DNA from: the human T2T-CHM13v2.0 reference genome, Homo sapiens
Length of the DNA: 64,000 bases
Reading direction: 5' to 3' (one strand)
NCBI RefSeq assembly: GCF_009914755.1
Contig: NC_060931.1
Shown: positions 22,605-40,830 of the stretch, one piece after another
Numbering within the stretch: the stretch's first letter is position 1
Layout: each line of letters starts with the position of its first letter
Translations under genes and position numbers: made by a program
The notes under the pieces: generated by a model
The model's database searches: none
What the model was told of the DNA's origin: nothing
Seen by the model: only the letters and a program-made list of their open reading frames with translations

Positions 22605-24549
22605 TCAAAAAAAATTAAAATTAAAATTAAAAAATGGAAAAATTTAAAACCTCCAGAGAAAGCGTAAGAATAGTACAGTGAACCAATACCTTCACCTAGA
22701 TCCACCATTGCTAACATTTTGCCAAATTGAGTTAACTTTTGTTGAACAGCTTCCCCTCATATACTTTAATATGTATCTCCTAAGCAAAAAGATATTCCTA
22801 ACAAAGAAACAGAAACAAAAAATAAAACCAAAATAAACTCAAAAAAGAGGTAAAAGGTATTCTGCATAGTCACATTACAATCACAATCATAAATTTAACA
22901 TTGATACATACAATACTCTTCTCTTATACCTATACTCTTTATTATATTTTCCCTGGATCTAGACGCAATTGAGGATAAATATGTTAAATCTGGGATGCCT
23001 ATTAAACATACACATAGTGATGTCAAGATGATAGAACATGAGTCTGGAATTCCAGGATAAGGTTGGATGTTTTGTAGTGAGAAAGTGAATTACTAGAGAA
23101 ATATAGTTAGACCGGGTGCCCATTTGAGAATGATGATTATAAATTTAAAATGGAGCCAGGCACAGTGGCTCATGCCTGTAATCTCAACACTTTGGGAGGC
23201 CAAGGCAGGTGAATCACTTGAGCCCAGGAGTTGAGACCAGCCTGGGAAACATGGCGAAACCCCATCACTACAAAAAATACAAAAATTAGCCAGGCGTAGT
23301 GGTGTGTCCCTTTAGTCCCAGCTACTCGGGAGGCTGAGGTGGGAGAATCACTTGAGCCCAGGAGGTCAAGGCTGCAGGGAGCTGTAATCGTGCCACTGCT
23401 GTCCAGCCTGGGTGACAGAGTGAGACCCCTTCTCTAAAACATGAAAATAAATATATAAATTTAAAATAAAATCAAGTCAGCCTAGTTGTGATTTTCTCTA
23501 GTAATATTCAGCTGAGTGGAAGTAGACAGTTGGTTTTCACCATGCGTAGGTAAATAGCTTAGAGGTGTTAAGAGGCAAGTAATTTGATGGCAATGATAAT
23601 GGAATAATTATAATGAAGGAACATGGGATTCTATTCTGGGTAAAAGGGAAGCAAAGACAAAAGGTGATAAGCATTATTCTAAAACTCTGTGATTATACAA
23701 CACCAATTATTATTTTACAAGAAACATTAAATATTTGTCTTATGTAATATTTGCCTCTAGCAAAGACCACCCTGTAGCTTTTCTTTTTAAGAAAATCAAC
23801 CTTTATTATCAGTAAATATTTACATTTACTATGCAGACACTGTGTTTAGTTCAAAGGATACAAAGAAGTATATGAGCTGTAAGGGAACTGAGAAATCAGT
23901 CTACCACCTTCATTTCACAAAAGTACAGCAAAGGTTAAATGACTTATCCAAAATCACAATGCTTGCTCCTGGCAGAACCAAGGTTTCTGAACTTCCATTC
24001 CAATATTCTCTAGATCTCAGCCTCCAAAATACGTCATTAGAAAATTCCTGGAAGAATGTGCAGATATTCACAGGGCTATCCTTGGGTAATGATAATGGGA
24101 GTGGAGACATTTCCTACTTTTCACTTCAGTGCTATTGGAATTTTCTGCCATGTACATGAACTGCTTTAATAATAAATATAATGGAGTTAGTTTTTTAAAG
24201 AAAAAAAACATGGTATGCTGTGCATAGCAACCAAAACTGGACAGACACTTCCAATTTTTTATTTACCAATTATTTTAAAATTCAAGGCATATTAGCATTC
24301 TTGAAAAAATGCAAAGTACACCATTATTTAACAACTGTATTCAAATGAAGCCATTTGGTGGATGATACCAAAATACTGCCCAAATCACTGGATCTTTTCT
24401 CACAATCTCAGTGAGATATAAAAGTAAAAATCCTATTGCTACTGTGCAAAGGGAAAAATGGATTGTTCTATTGTAAACTGTAGTCAAATGCTTGTCTTTT
24501 TTAAATCAAGGGCACATATGTTTTCCACTCTCCACCTGGCTTACCATAA

Positions 24550-24756
<207 letters not shown>

Positions 24757-25058
24757 TAGTAGAGACAGGGTTTCTCTCTAACTCCTGACCTCAGGTGATC
24801 TGCCCACCTCAACCTCCCAAAGTGTTGGGATTACGGGCATGAGCCACTGCACCCAGCCTAAAAAAATATTCTTACAACTTTATTTTCTTGAAGACCCCCA
24901 TATGAAATGTCTTTTCCTTGATACTCACAAGAAAGATTAACTATTTTATTAGGTTCTAATTCTAGTGAATTTTAAAGCAGGCCAGGCGTGGTGGCTCATG
25001 CCTGTAATCCCAGCACTTTGGGAGGCTTAGGCAGGCGGATCATGAGGTCAGGAGTTTA

Positions 25059-25268
<210 letters not shown>

Positions 25269-25746
25269 TCAAAAAAAACCAAAAATTTAAAGTAGTTTAT
25301 TTCAGTTTCTTGGGTTAGCTTATGGCTTCAGATATATTCCTCAACACAATCCCTCCAAGTAAATTCAAAGTAGATGAATGTGCAAAGAAGCTAGAGTTCA
25401 AACAAATTTGGCAGTGGCCACATAGTTCCCAAGACACTTAAAGGGAAAGAGACTGGCTTAACTGGTTTTGTTAATAAAAAGGAAAATAGAGCAGCGCCAA
25501 TTGCCTAGCTTCCTATTCACCATTCCACCCCACTCCACTCCAGAGTAGTATGAGCTAGGCTTAGGATTGCCACACAGACAAGGCAGGCAAAGGATATGAT
25601 GTTAAATTCTTTGTTCCATGACTTAACTGTGCTAGACTCTCATTTTTTGGATACAAGGCTTGTTCTGATTGCAAAAATCATCGGACCTTAACCTGGGTTT
25701 CAAATAATCATTTAAATATAAGGTTTTGGCCGGGCGCAGTGGCTCA

Positions 25747-26372
<626 letters not shown>

Positions 26373-26430
26373 TCTATGGTTTATAACTGTAGCCGTTCTT
26401 ATACTAAGCAGTGGTTCTACTCTTTAGGAA

Positions 26431-26627
26431 CAGGGATTATCAAACTATGGCCAGCAGGCTAAATCCAAAAAACAAAGCTTTATTGGAACGCTGCCATGTG
26501 CCTTTATTTATCTATGACTGCCTTCCCATTAGAACAGCAGAGTTGAGTGGCTGTGACAGAAACGGCATGGCCTGCAAAGCCTAAATATTTACCACATGGC
26601 CCTCCACAAAAATGTTTGCTGACTCTT
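26431..26627 (+). mobile_element. MER58A hAT MITE
   Basis: caggg...aaactatggcc...gcagagttgagt...gcctgcaaagcctaaatatttac...aaaatgtttgctgac. Confidence 0.8.
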
Positions 26628-27379
26628 TTGAGATTGCTTCCTCTCTCATCTGCATAAAAGATCCTTCATACCCTGCCCACTGCTCAGCGCTTACTTCCCA
26701 ACCTATTGTCCCTCACTCCCTTTGTTCCAATTTTACAGAAATACTTGCAGTTATCTAAATTAGCCATGCTCTTGCTTAATTCAGAATCCATGTACTCCCG
26801 ACTGTCTCCGCTCTGAATGTCATCCTCTCCTTGCCAAACCATTTCAAATGGTCCTTGAAACTTCAGTCATCTCCTCCTGCATCTTCCATGATGCCCGCCC
26901 CTCTAATGGACAACAAACTTTTGTGCAATACTGTAATTCTTACAGCAGCCTCCCTTACTAGTTCTTTAATGGCAGAAGTTATGTCTTTTGTTGCTTACTC
27001 CTATCCCTTAACACGTAGTTGACACACAGTAAGTGCTGGACACTTGGTTCAATTCTTGAGGGGCATCCACCGGCTTGTGTGGCTCTGGAGCTACCTGGGC
27101 TGGAAACGAATACTAGGGGGTGGCGAGGGCCAGCTGCCCTAAGCAGAGACACGTGGGCTACAGGGAGGTGAGGCAACCTCCGCAAACACCACCTGTTCCA
27201 GAAAAGCTCCAAATGCTCCAACGGGCGACCCCTCCCCTTTTCTAGCTTTTCTTGCATAGCTTGACATTTCCAACGGTAGTTAATTTGTGAGGGGTTTTTA
27301 GACCATAACTCTTGGGAGGAGAGACCTCGTATGTTATATCGATCTGGGCAGGCAGCAAGTCTTCCAAAGAAAGACTTCC

Positions 27380-27925
27380 TCCACCTCCGCCCGGTCCTCC
27401 CACCTCGGAGGACTCCAGACTGCCCAGGGGCGGACCCCTGGGGCCCAGGTGAGAGGTGGCAGAGGGTGCCAGCATCGCGGGCGTCTAGGCCGAGAGGCCG
27501 GTCCCAGCCCGGCCAGGCCGCGCCGCCCCAAGCCTCCCAATCCCCCGGGTTCCCTCGGCTCCCCTCGCCCACCGGCGGCCTTGTTCCCATCTCCCTCACT
27601 CCCAACCCGGCGGCTCTCACCTCGGTCCCAGACTCAGCCCTATGGAAGGCACTACACATCGCCCCGAAGGCTCGGCGCAGGAGAGACTCAACTTTCCCGC
27701 CACCAACGCCATTCACCAACTGCGCAGACTCTACGGCCAGTCAAACCCGCCCACCCGCGCGCGTGCGCACTGCGCCAGGCCGCGGCCGGGGAGGCGGGAG
27801 CATGCGCAATAGGGTGTGCGGGCCTCCCCGCCCCGCCCCCAGTTCCTGTGACGTCAGACTTCCGCGTCCCCCGCGGCGCTCTCCCGCGTCCCCTTGGAGA
27901 TCGCTCCGGGGTGGCGGGGACAGCT
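27380..27925 (-). promoter_or_regulatory. XRCC2: CpG-island, TATA-less promoter of XRCC2
   Basis: The only strongly GC/CpG-dense non-repeat stretch. E2F TTTCCCGC 27693-27700; NRF1 TGCGCACGCGCG (minus) 27758-27769; GC boxes 27826-27840; full CRE TGACGTCA 27849-27856; ETS CGGAAGT (minus) 27858-27864. Confidence 0.9.
27621..27659 (-). CDS. XRCC2: XRCC2 coding exon 1 (39 nt, MCSAFHRAESGTE)
   Basis: ATG at 27659-27657 in context ggggcgATGT; donor GAG|gtgaga at 27620; lies inside the CpG island. Confidence 0.98.
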
Positions 27926-28197
27926 GGTGCTTTTCTTGTCTGTTGTAAACTTTGGTTCGTTATTATTATATTAGGTAAAGCTGGTCTTATGTATTAATTT
28001 GTTTAACCATTAAAAATAATTGTATTGCACAAGCAGGCCCCTTTGTCCGTTCTCGGGTTAAAAGCCTCTGGCTGTGTGTGCGATTCATGGTTAATTCTGG
28101 AAAAAAAGAGAAAAGTATACTGTATTTAAAAGAATTTTTAAAATATACCGAGCCTGTGGATTTATCAAGTTGCTTTTTGAGGTAGGCAGGAGGATCA

Positions 28198-28455
<258 letters not shown>

Positions 28456-28816
28456 TTATTATCAAGATGACAAAATGTTTTCTGGAATGAAAAAGTTTCA
28501 TGCAAAGATATACTTTTCACCCACCTAGTTTAGTTTTCAAAAACGCTAGGAAAGAGCATATACCAATGAAGTATTTCTCATGGGTAATATTAAAGTTGCT
28601 CATTTTGTAAATTGGAATGGTTTTGGTTGCAAGTCACAGAAAACCCAACTCTTACGTCCTGAAACAAATGGGCTTTACCGGGTGACATCACTAGAAGTCC
28701 AAAGGTAAGACAGGCTTCAAGGTTAGTTTAATTGAGAGGCTTGATGAGGCAAACAAGTACCTCATTTCTTTTTACCTCAGATTCATGTTTTCTACCTTGG
28801 CCTCTTCTCTACGTAG

Positions 28817-29149
<333 letters not shown>

Positions 29150-31154
29150 TGATCTGCCTGCCTCGGCCTCCCAAAGTGCTGGGATTACAGGCGTGAGCCA
29201 CCGCGCCTGGCCCTGTGTGCCCCACTTCTATCCGGAGTAGAGACATATTTTTTCAAAGCACACAGGCCTTGTGGAAAGGTGTGGAGAACAGTAAATGACA
29301 ACAATAACAACAAATTGTGAATCATTAACAAGAGGAGTGGGAGTGGATGCTTGGGAGGCCACCTCTACCGTCTTTTTTTTTTCTTTTTTCCCTTTCCTAT
29401 GGTGCTGAACCACCTATATCTTCATTACACCCTCTGTAATGAGGATATGTGTATACCAAACCACATGTGTAGGTCAACCCCCTCGTCCAATTCCACACAC
29501 TTCTATACAAAGTAAATATTTCCTCACATAGTAAATCAATATTTGAGAAAGGAGACTTTACAATTAAATAGCTGCTCTAGGCTAAATTAGTTTTTCAGTC
29601 TCCACACTGTTCCTAATGAAGAAGACATGTCAGCTGAACTAGTTTAGTCCATTAAGTGCACACCTGTTCGTGTGAGCGCAACATGGTTTTGAAATCACTT
29701 CAGTTTTAATGCTCCGGAAACATCACTTCTCGTTTAAAAGGATACTTGAAGCGCTCTCACAAACTGCTGGTAGGCATGAAAACATACGGTCTTTTTGGAA
29801 AGGAATTTGGCAATATCTTTTTTTTTTTTTTTTTAATTAATAGAGATGGGGTTTCGCCATGTTGCCTAGGCTGGTTTACAACTCCTGGGCTCAAGTGATC
29901 CTCCTGCCTCCTAAAGTGCTGGGATTACAGGCATGAGCCACTGCACCTGGCCGATTTTGGCACTATCTAACAAAATGACGCATTTATTAACTTTTTCACT
30001 CAGCAATCCTACTTCTAAGAATTTAGCTTGAAGTCATACTTCCAACATTGCAAAAACGTGTATGCAAAAAAAGCATATTGCAGCATGGTTTGTAATTGCA
30101 AAATCTTGGAAATGGCCTAAATGTTTATACATAGGAGAGTGGTTGAAAACAATACGGCACTGCCACAAAATGGAGCACTATGCAGCTGCAACAAAGAATG
30201 GCCAAGATCTCTATGCATCTGTAAGGAATGATTTCCAGGATATAGTGTTAAGTGAAAAAGGCAAAGAGGAAGGGGTGTCTACAGTTTGCTAGCTTTCTTG
30301 TAACAAGGGAGGGGAAAGAAAAAGATACACATGTCTCTGCTCATTTGGGTAAAAAGAAACACAGGAAGAATACATGAGAAGCAAAGAGGATTCTTTATCT
30401 ACGGAGGGTAGATAAAAATAGGTTGGAAAAAATGGAGGATGAAAATAGGGTAAAAGAGATGGGGTGAGGGACACTTCCCTATGTGTAACTTTTTTTGATA
30501 GCTCCAATTTTTTTTTTCTTTTTTTTCTGAGACAGAGTCTTGTTCTGTCACCCAGGCTGGAGTGCAATGGCAGAATCCTGGCTCACTGCAACCTCTGTCT
30601 CTGGGTTCAAGTGATTCTCATGCCTCAGCCTCCTCAGTAGCTGGGATTACAGGCACCTGCCACCACGCCTGGCTAATTGTATTTTTGGTAGAGATGGGGT
30701 TTCACCATGTTGGTCAGGTTGGTCTGGAACTCATGACCTCAGGTGATCCACCAACCTCGCCATCCCCAAAGTGCCAAGATTACAGGTATGAGCCACCATG
30801 ACTGGCCAGCTCTAACTTTTAGAAACACATGATGTTTTACCTCCTAAAAAAGAAATCATCAGTGGCTTACGCCTGTAATCCCAGCACTTTGGGAGGCTGA
30901 GGCTGGTAGATCACCTGAGGTCAGGAGTTTGAGACTAGCCTGGCAAACATGACAAAATCCTGCCTCTACTAAAAATATAGAAATTAACCGGGTGTGGTGG
31001 TGCATGACTGTAATACCAGCTACTCGGGAGGCTGAGACAGGAGAATTGCTTGAACAGGGAGGTGGAGGTTGCAGTGAGCTGAGATCATGCCATTGCACTC
31101 CAGCCTGCGCAACAGAGTGAGACTCTGTCTCAAAAAAGAAAAAAACAAAACAAA

Positions 31155-31490
31155 AGCAAGATCATGTCCTTTGCAGGAACATGGACGGAGCTGGAGACCA
31201 CTATCCTTAGCAAAAAAACGCAAGAACAGAAAACCAAATACCACATGTTGTCACTTATAATTGGGAGCTAAATGATGAGAACTCATGCACGAAAAGAAAG
31301 GAACAACACACACTGAGGCCTACTTCAGACTGGAGGGTGGGAGGAGGGAGAGGAGCAGAAAAAATAACTACTGGGTACTAGGCTTAGTACCTGGGTGACG
31401 AAGTAATTCCTACAACAAACCCCCATGACATGAGTTTACCTGTATAACAAACCTGCACACGTACCCCTGAACCTAAAATTAAAATGTTTA
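31155..31490 (+). mobile_element. L1PA/PB 3' end
   Basis: agatcatgtcctttgcaggaacatgga...acaaacctgcacacgtacccctgaacctaaaa. Confidence 0.85.
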
Positions 31491-32035
31491 AAAATTGCCA
31501 CAGTAGGCCGGGCACAGTGGCTCATGCCTATGGCGCCACTACACTCCAGCCTGGTGACAGAGTGAGACTGTCTAAAAAAAAAAAAAAAAAGAAAAAAAGA
31601 AAAACAAATTGCCACAGTAATAGTTTGGAAGAGGAGATTAAGAGTAATCAATTGATACTAAAATTACTGGATAAAAGTATAATTAAAGACAGACTATAGC
31701 CTAAAGTATCTCCCTACAAGATACTTGTTAATTACAAAGAAAAGAGTGACCCTGCCATGGAGAAACTTTTTTTTTTTTAAATTGAGACAGAGTTTCGCTC
31801 TGTCGCCCAGGCTGGAGTGCAGTGGCGCGATGCAACCTCCACCTCCCGGGTTCAAGAGGTTCTTTTACCTCAGCCTCCCGAGTAGCTGGGACAACAGTCG
31901 TGCAACACCACGCCTGGCTAATTTTTGTATTTTTAGTAGCAACCAAGTTTCACCTATTGTCCAGGCTGGTCTTGAATTCCTGACCTCATGATCTGCCCGC
32001 CTTGGCCTCCCAAAGTGCTGGAATTACAGGCGTGA

Positions 32036-32212
<177 letters not shown>

Positions 32213-32432
32213 TAAACATCACCTTAACCAAGTGATCCAACTTAACATCACCTGTAATGAGAAAAATAGGTATCACGTGCCTCCTAATACAGTGCACTGG
32301 GAAGAACACAGCATCCCTTCTGTGGTATTCCCACCGAAAATGCATAACCCAAATCTAATCATGCACAAACATTACACAAACCCAAACTGAGGTACATTAT
32401 ATTCTAGAATATAACCAACCAGTATTATTTTA

Positions 32433-32786
<354 letters not shown>

Positions 32787-33211
32787 CTAAAGAGGCATGA
32801 CACCTATATATTAATATAATGTGTGATCCTGAACTGGATTCTGAACCAGAAAAATACATTAGTGAGACAGTTGGTAAAAGCTGAATATGTCTGTTATTTA
32901 TTTATTTATTTTCTGGAGACAGGGTCTTTGTTACCCAGGTTGGAGTGCAGTGGTACCATCTAGGCTCACTGTAACTTCTGCATCCTGGGCTCAAGTGATT
33001 CTCATGCCTCAGCCTCCTAAGTAGCTGGGATTACAGGCGTGCACCACCACACCTGGCTAGTTTTTGTACTTTTGTAGAGACTGGGTCCTGCTATGTTGCT
33101 CAGGCTGGTCTTGAAATCCTGGGCTCAAGTGATCCTTCCATCTTGACCTCGCAAAGTGCTGAGATTATAGGTGTGAGCCACTGGACCTGGCCACATATGT
33201 AATTTAGATAA

Positions 33212-33568
<357 letters not shown>

Positions 33569-33718
33569 TAAAGTGCTGGGATTACAAGCATGAGCCACCA
33601 CGGCCAGCCAAGATTTTTTCCTAAAGATATTTCTATTAGTATGAATGAATTTCAAATTCACTTATTTAAAATCATCAGAAACAAATAGAAAGTCAATCTA
33701 CAAAGCTACGCCTGGTCA

Positions 33719-34208
<490 letters not shown>

Positions 34209-34989
34209 TCAATACAGTTCAGGGTCAAGTAGACAAATAGAAGCAGGATAGCAGGGTGGAATGGTTCTGGAATGAGGGTCAAGAGATTCAAAATCTGTCA
34301 TCAGCTCTGCTCTCCCTACGTGATTCTGGGCCCGGCCTCTGAGACATGATGGCCTCCACTTCTTTCTTGGGGATTTGGATGAGATGACAGATCTTCCATC
34401 ACTACTATAAGGCCTGTGGTCTTTCTAGCATGTTAAGTTGCTTCCAGATGATTCCAAGGATCTAAGGCCATTTACAAGGCTAGATTCTATGATTCTTTAG
34501 TATGAGGAAGCAAGAAGCTAGAGGAAATGGGCATGTTTATTAAGGTGCCAATAGGTTATAACCTAAATTTTCATTCCCTTTTCCCAGGGGAATAACAACA
34601 GCTAAATGAGTATCAGCTAAATGAATATTCCCTTATGCTAAAGTCTTTCTCACTGAACTTCTTTTCTTTTTTATGTACTTGGGGTTAGTTAATTGCACTT
34701 TTCAATTTGTGGCCAGTTCTCTGCTCCTGCAGGCCCTGCTCTTCTTCATTTATTTATTCCCTCTTAGTCCCATTTCTTACTCCCTATCTCATCCCTGCAT
34801 AGGCAATTACTCTAATGTATTTTAAATATTTACTTGTGTTTGTAACTTCCTTGCCAAAAAAAGTAGTTTTGTTTTGAATGCGTACTTATTTGTAATTTGT
34901 ATGAAGAGTTGTGATCGTTCAGTGTTCAGGCTGGTACCTTTTACTCTCAAATTCTCTTCTTTCCCCACTCTGCTTTGTATCACACGAGA

Positions 34990-35033
34990 GGGCAGGGGAC
35001 GGGAGAGTGGGGTGGGAGGAGGGGAGGCGTGGG
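34990..35033 (+). other. Predicted G-quadruplex (seven runs of 3 or more G)
   Basis: GGGcaGGGGacGGGagagtGGGGtGGGaggaGGGGaggcgtGGG. Confidence 0.7.
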
Positions 35034-36226
35034 CTGACCTTTCCAACTGCGTTTCCAGGTTCCCAGGTGAGCTTCCTTCTGAGCTCACCGTGGGCGGCAC
35101 AGTGGGGAGCCTAAAGGAGGGAGGAAGAGGAAGGCAGCAGATGCTGTGTCTCCGGGAGCAGGCTAAATTCTATTTTAAAAGTACTTAAAGTCTAAATGAG
35201 TTAATATTTATAATAAAAAATAATTAAAGGGGCCAGGCGCAGTGGCTCATGCCTGTAATCCTAGGACTTTGGGAGGCCAAGACGGGAGGATCACCTGAGG
35301 TCAGGAGTTTGAGACCAGCCTGGCCAACATGGCGAAACACCATCTCTACTAAAAATACAAAAACATTAGCCGGGTGTGGTGGTGCACACCCATAATCCCA
35401 GCTACTAGGGAGGCTGAGGCAGGACAATCGCTTGAACCCGGGAGGCAAGAGGTTGCGTTGAGCCGAGAATGCACCATTGCACTGCAGCCTGACAAGAGTG
35501 AAACTTCGTCTAAAAAAAAAAACTTAAAGTAGTTTCTGTTTTCCTGATTAATCCCCTGCTGATACATTTAGTTTTCCCCCTTTTTATGGACACCATATTT
35601 TAAGGCCTAACTGTGCTTTTCTGTGTGCACATATACCGCTCTCTAACTGCCATGGAGCATCTGGGCTGTGCATCCTCCACGTTTCACTTTCCCACATCCC
35701 CTAAAAAAAAAGTGCCTCCTACTCCAATAACTGTGCACAACTCTCTGAGGAACACTCTTGGATACATGAGCCCTATGGATCTTTTGTATAAATGTTTCTG
35801 CAATCTGTATTCTGGAATGGGATGACTAGGTCATAGAGCACACACATGCCCACCTTGACTAAGTCCTACCAGACTTCTGTATGGGATGGAGACGACATTT
35901 CCTCTTTGCCTCAGCCTCATCTCCTGGCATCAGCCTATTGTACAATTTCATTTACATAAAATGTCCAGAATAGATCAGTTTAGAGACAGAAAGGAGATTA
36001 GCAGCTCCCTATGACCAGAGAAGATAGGAAACTTGGGGGCGATGGCTAATGGGTTTGGTTTTTTTTAGGGTAACAAAAATGTTTGTTTTTTTTTGTTTGT
36101 TTTATTTTGTTTTGAGACAGGGTCTCACTCTCTTGCCCAGACTGGAATGCAGTGGCCCAATCTTGGTTCACCGCAACCCCTGCGTCTCAGGCTCATGGGC
36201 TTCTCCCACCTCAGTCTCCTGAGTAG

Positions 36227-36466
<240 letters not shown>

Positions 36467-37035
36467 TAGCCGGGCGTGGTAGCAGGCACCTGTAGTCCCA
36501 GCTACTCAGGAGGCTGAGGCAGGAGAATGGCGGGAACCCGGGAGGCGGAGCTTGCAGTGAGCCAAGATAGCACCACTGCACTCCAGCCTGGGCGACAGAG
36601 CGAGACTCCGTCTCAAAAAAAAAAAAAAAGAGGGACCGGGTTTCACCATGTTGGCCAGGTTGGTCTTGAACTGCTGACCTTGTGAACTGCCCGCCTCGGC
36701 CTCCCAAAGTGCTGGGATTGCAGGCGTGAGCCACCGCACCCGGCCTAATTTTTGTATTTTTAGTAGAGATGGGGTTTCACCATGTTGGCCAGGCTGGTCT
36801 TGAACTCCTGACCTCAAATGATCCAACCACCTCGGCTTCCCAAAGTGCTGGGATTACAGGTGTGAGCCATCGTGCCCGGCCCAAAAATGTTTTAAAACTG
36901 GTTGTGATTGTGGTGATTGATTCACTACTCTGTGAATGGACTAAAAGTCCAGACGAAAGTATAATTATACACTTTATTTATGTATTATTTTAAATGGGCA
37001 GCCTCCTGAGCCGGAGTGTGTTCAGAGATTCCTAA

Positions 37036-37347
<312 letters not shown>

Positions 37348-37838
37348 TAAGTAGGTCAGTTATATAGGATGTGAATCATATCTCAGTAAAGCTGCATAAA
37401 AAAAGGCTATGAGGCCAGGAACAGCTGCTCACACCTGTAATCCCAGCACTTTGGGAGGCTGAGGCGAGAGGAGAGCTTGAGCCCAGGAGTTTGAGACCAG
37501 CCTGAGCAACATAGCAAGACCCTGTCTGTACAAAAAAATAATAATAATAAGAGGAAGAAAATTTGCCAGGCATGGTGGCTCATGCCTGTAGCCCCAGCTA
37601 CTAGGGAGGCTGAGGCATGAGGATCACCTGAGCCCAGAAGTTGAAGGCTGAAATACACCATGCTCATGCCATGGGCAATAGAGTGAGACTCTGTCTCAAA
37701 AAAAATAATAATAATAAAATAAAATAAAGAAAGAAATAAAAGAAAAAAAAAGCTATGAGGTTTTGAAATGGGCTACAATGACATTCCCCTTTTTAAAAAA
37801 TTGTTTTTAAACTTCGTTTTTTTTCTTCTTTTTTTTGA

Positions 37839-37997
<159 letters not shown>

Positions 37998-38102
37998 TAG
38001 TAGAGATAGGGTTTTGCCATGTTGGTCAGGCTGGTCTCAAACTCCTGACCTCAGGTGATCCACCCGCCTTGGCCTCCCAAAATGCTGGGATTATAGGCAT
38101 GA

Positions 38103-38369
<267 letters not shown>

Positions 38370-38648
38370 TGATCCCCCCGCCTCAGCCTCCCAAAGTGCT
38401 GGGGTTACAGACATGAGCCACTGCGCCCGGCCTTTTTAAATTTTTTTAAACACAACTATGCACACATCAGTCATATCAGAATAAAATTTTACTTCTTAGA
38501 GACAGCTTTTTTGGTCATATGTATGTGTCTTTTGGGTTCTATGGTATAGGACTTCCTATTCTCTTTCTCTTTTTATTTATATTTACATATATGTATATAT
38601 ATATATGTAAATATATATATTAACAGTCCTTAGCATAAAAACCTATTA

Positions 38649-39840
<1,192 letters not shown>

Positions 39841-40049
39841 TTGGCTGGGCGTGGTGGCTTGCACCTGTAATCCAGCACTTTGGGAGGCCAAGGTGGGCAG
39901 ATCACCTGAGATCGGGAGTTCGAGACCAGTCTGACCAACATGGAGAAACCCCATCTCTACTAAAAATACAAAATTAGCCGGGCGTTGTGGCGCATGCCTG
40001 TAATCCCAGATACTTGGGAGGCTAAGGCAGGAAAATCGCTTGAACCCAG

Positions 40050-40830
40050 TGTTACCGGGGGTCCTTGCTCCCAGAGCTCCCATGATGGTGGCGGGCTGCT
40101 TCCAAGATGGTGGCGGGCCGCTTCCAAGATGGTGGCAAGCCTCATGTTCTCTGACCTGGTGTTCTTGGCCTCACTGATTCCAAGGAATGGAATCTTGGCC
40201 CATGTGGTGAGTGTTATAGCTCTATTAGAAGCCGCGGGTCACGGAAGAGAACCATGGAACCCAAGGACTAGTGTTCAGCCCGATTAGGACAAAGCCGGGC
40301 ACTTAGCCACGCAGGAATAATTGCGAGCCTCTAGCCCAATCAGGAGCAGCAATGGGCGCCTCACTGGATCAGAAGGGCAGCGGACACCCTGCCGGATCCG
40401 GAGGGATGGAAGTCAGTGGCGGGTCTGCGACGGCGGCAAACAGCAGTGGTGGACGGCAAGCAAAAGCTCAGCTTGAGCCATAACAAACACGGACCAGAAA
40501 AGTGGGCAGTTGCAAGATTTAATAGAGTGAAAACAGAGCTCCCATACAAAGGGAGGGGACCCAAAGAGGGTAGCCATTGCCGGCTGGAATGCCTGGGTTT
40601 ATTTCCCGATCATTGTCCCTCCCGCTGTGCTCTCAGGCAATAGATGTTTGGCTATTTCTTTACCTCCTGCTTTTGCCTAATTAGCATTTTAGTGAGCTCT
40701 CTTTACTACCTGATTGGTCGGGTGTGAGCTAAGTTGCAAGCCCCGTGTTTAAAGGTGGATGCAGTCACCTTCCCAGCTAGGCTTAGGGATTCTTAGTTGG
40801 TCTAGGAAATCCAGCTAGTCCTGTCTCTCA
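40050..40830 (-). mobile_element. HERV-W solo LTR (LTR17), full length, inserted inside an Alu
   Basis: Minus strand starts TGAGAGACAGGACTAGCTGGATTTCCTAG and ends GGACCCCCGGTAACA; 781 bp; 4-bp TSD ccag/ccgg; the host Alu resumes at gaggcggaggttgc. Confidence 0.95.

Noticed and set aside
26979-27997. Long ORFs of 246, 205 and 182 aa over the CpG island
   Set aside because: Stop-poor GC-rich DNA gives low-complexity Pro/Arg/Gly translations. The 246-aa ORF is exon 1 read through its donor into intron 1.
38579-38614. Short AT quasi-palindrome
   Set aside because: About 35 bp with a mismatch; expected from any (TA)n tract.
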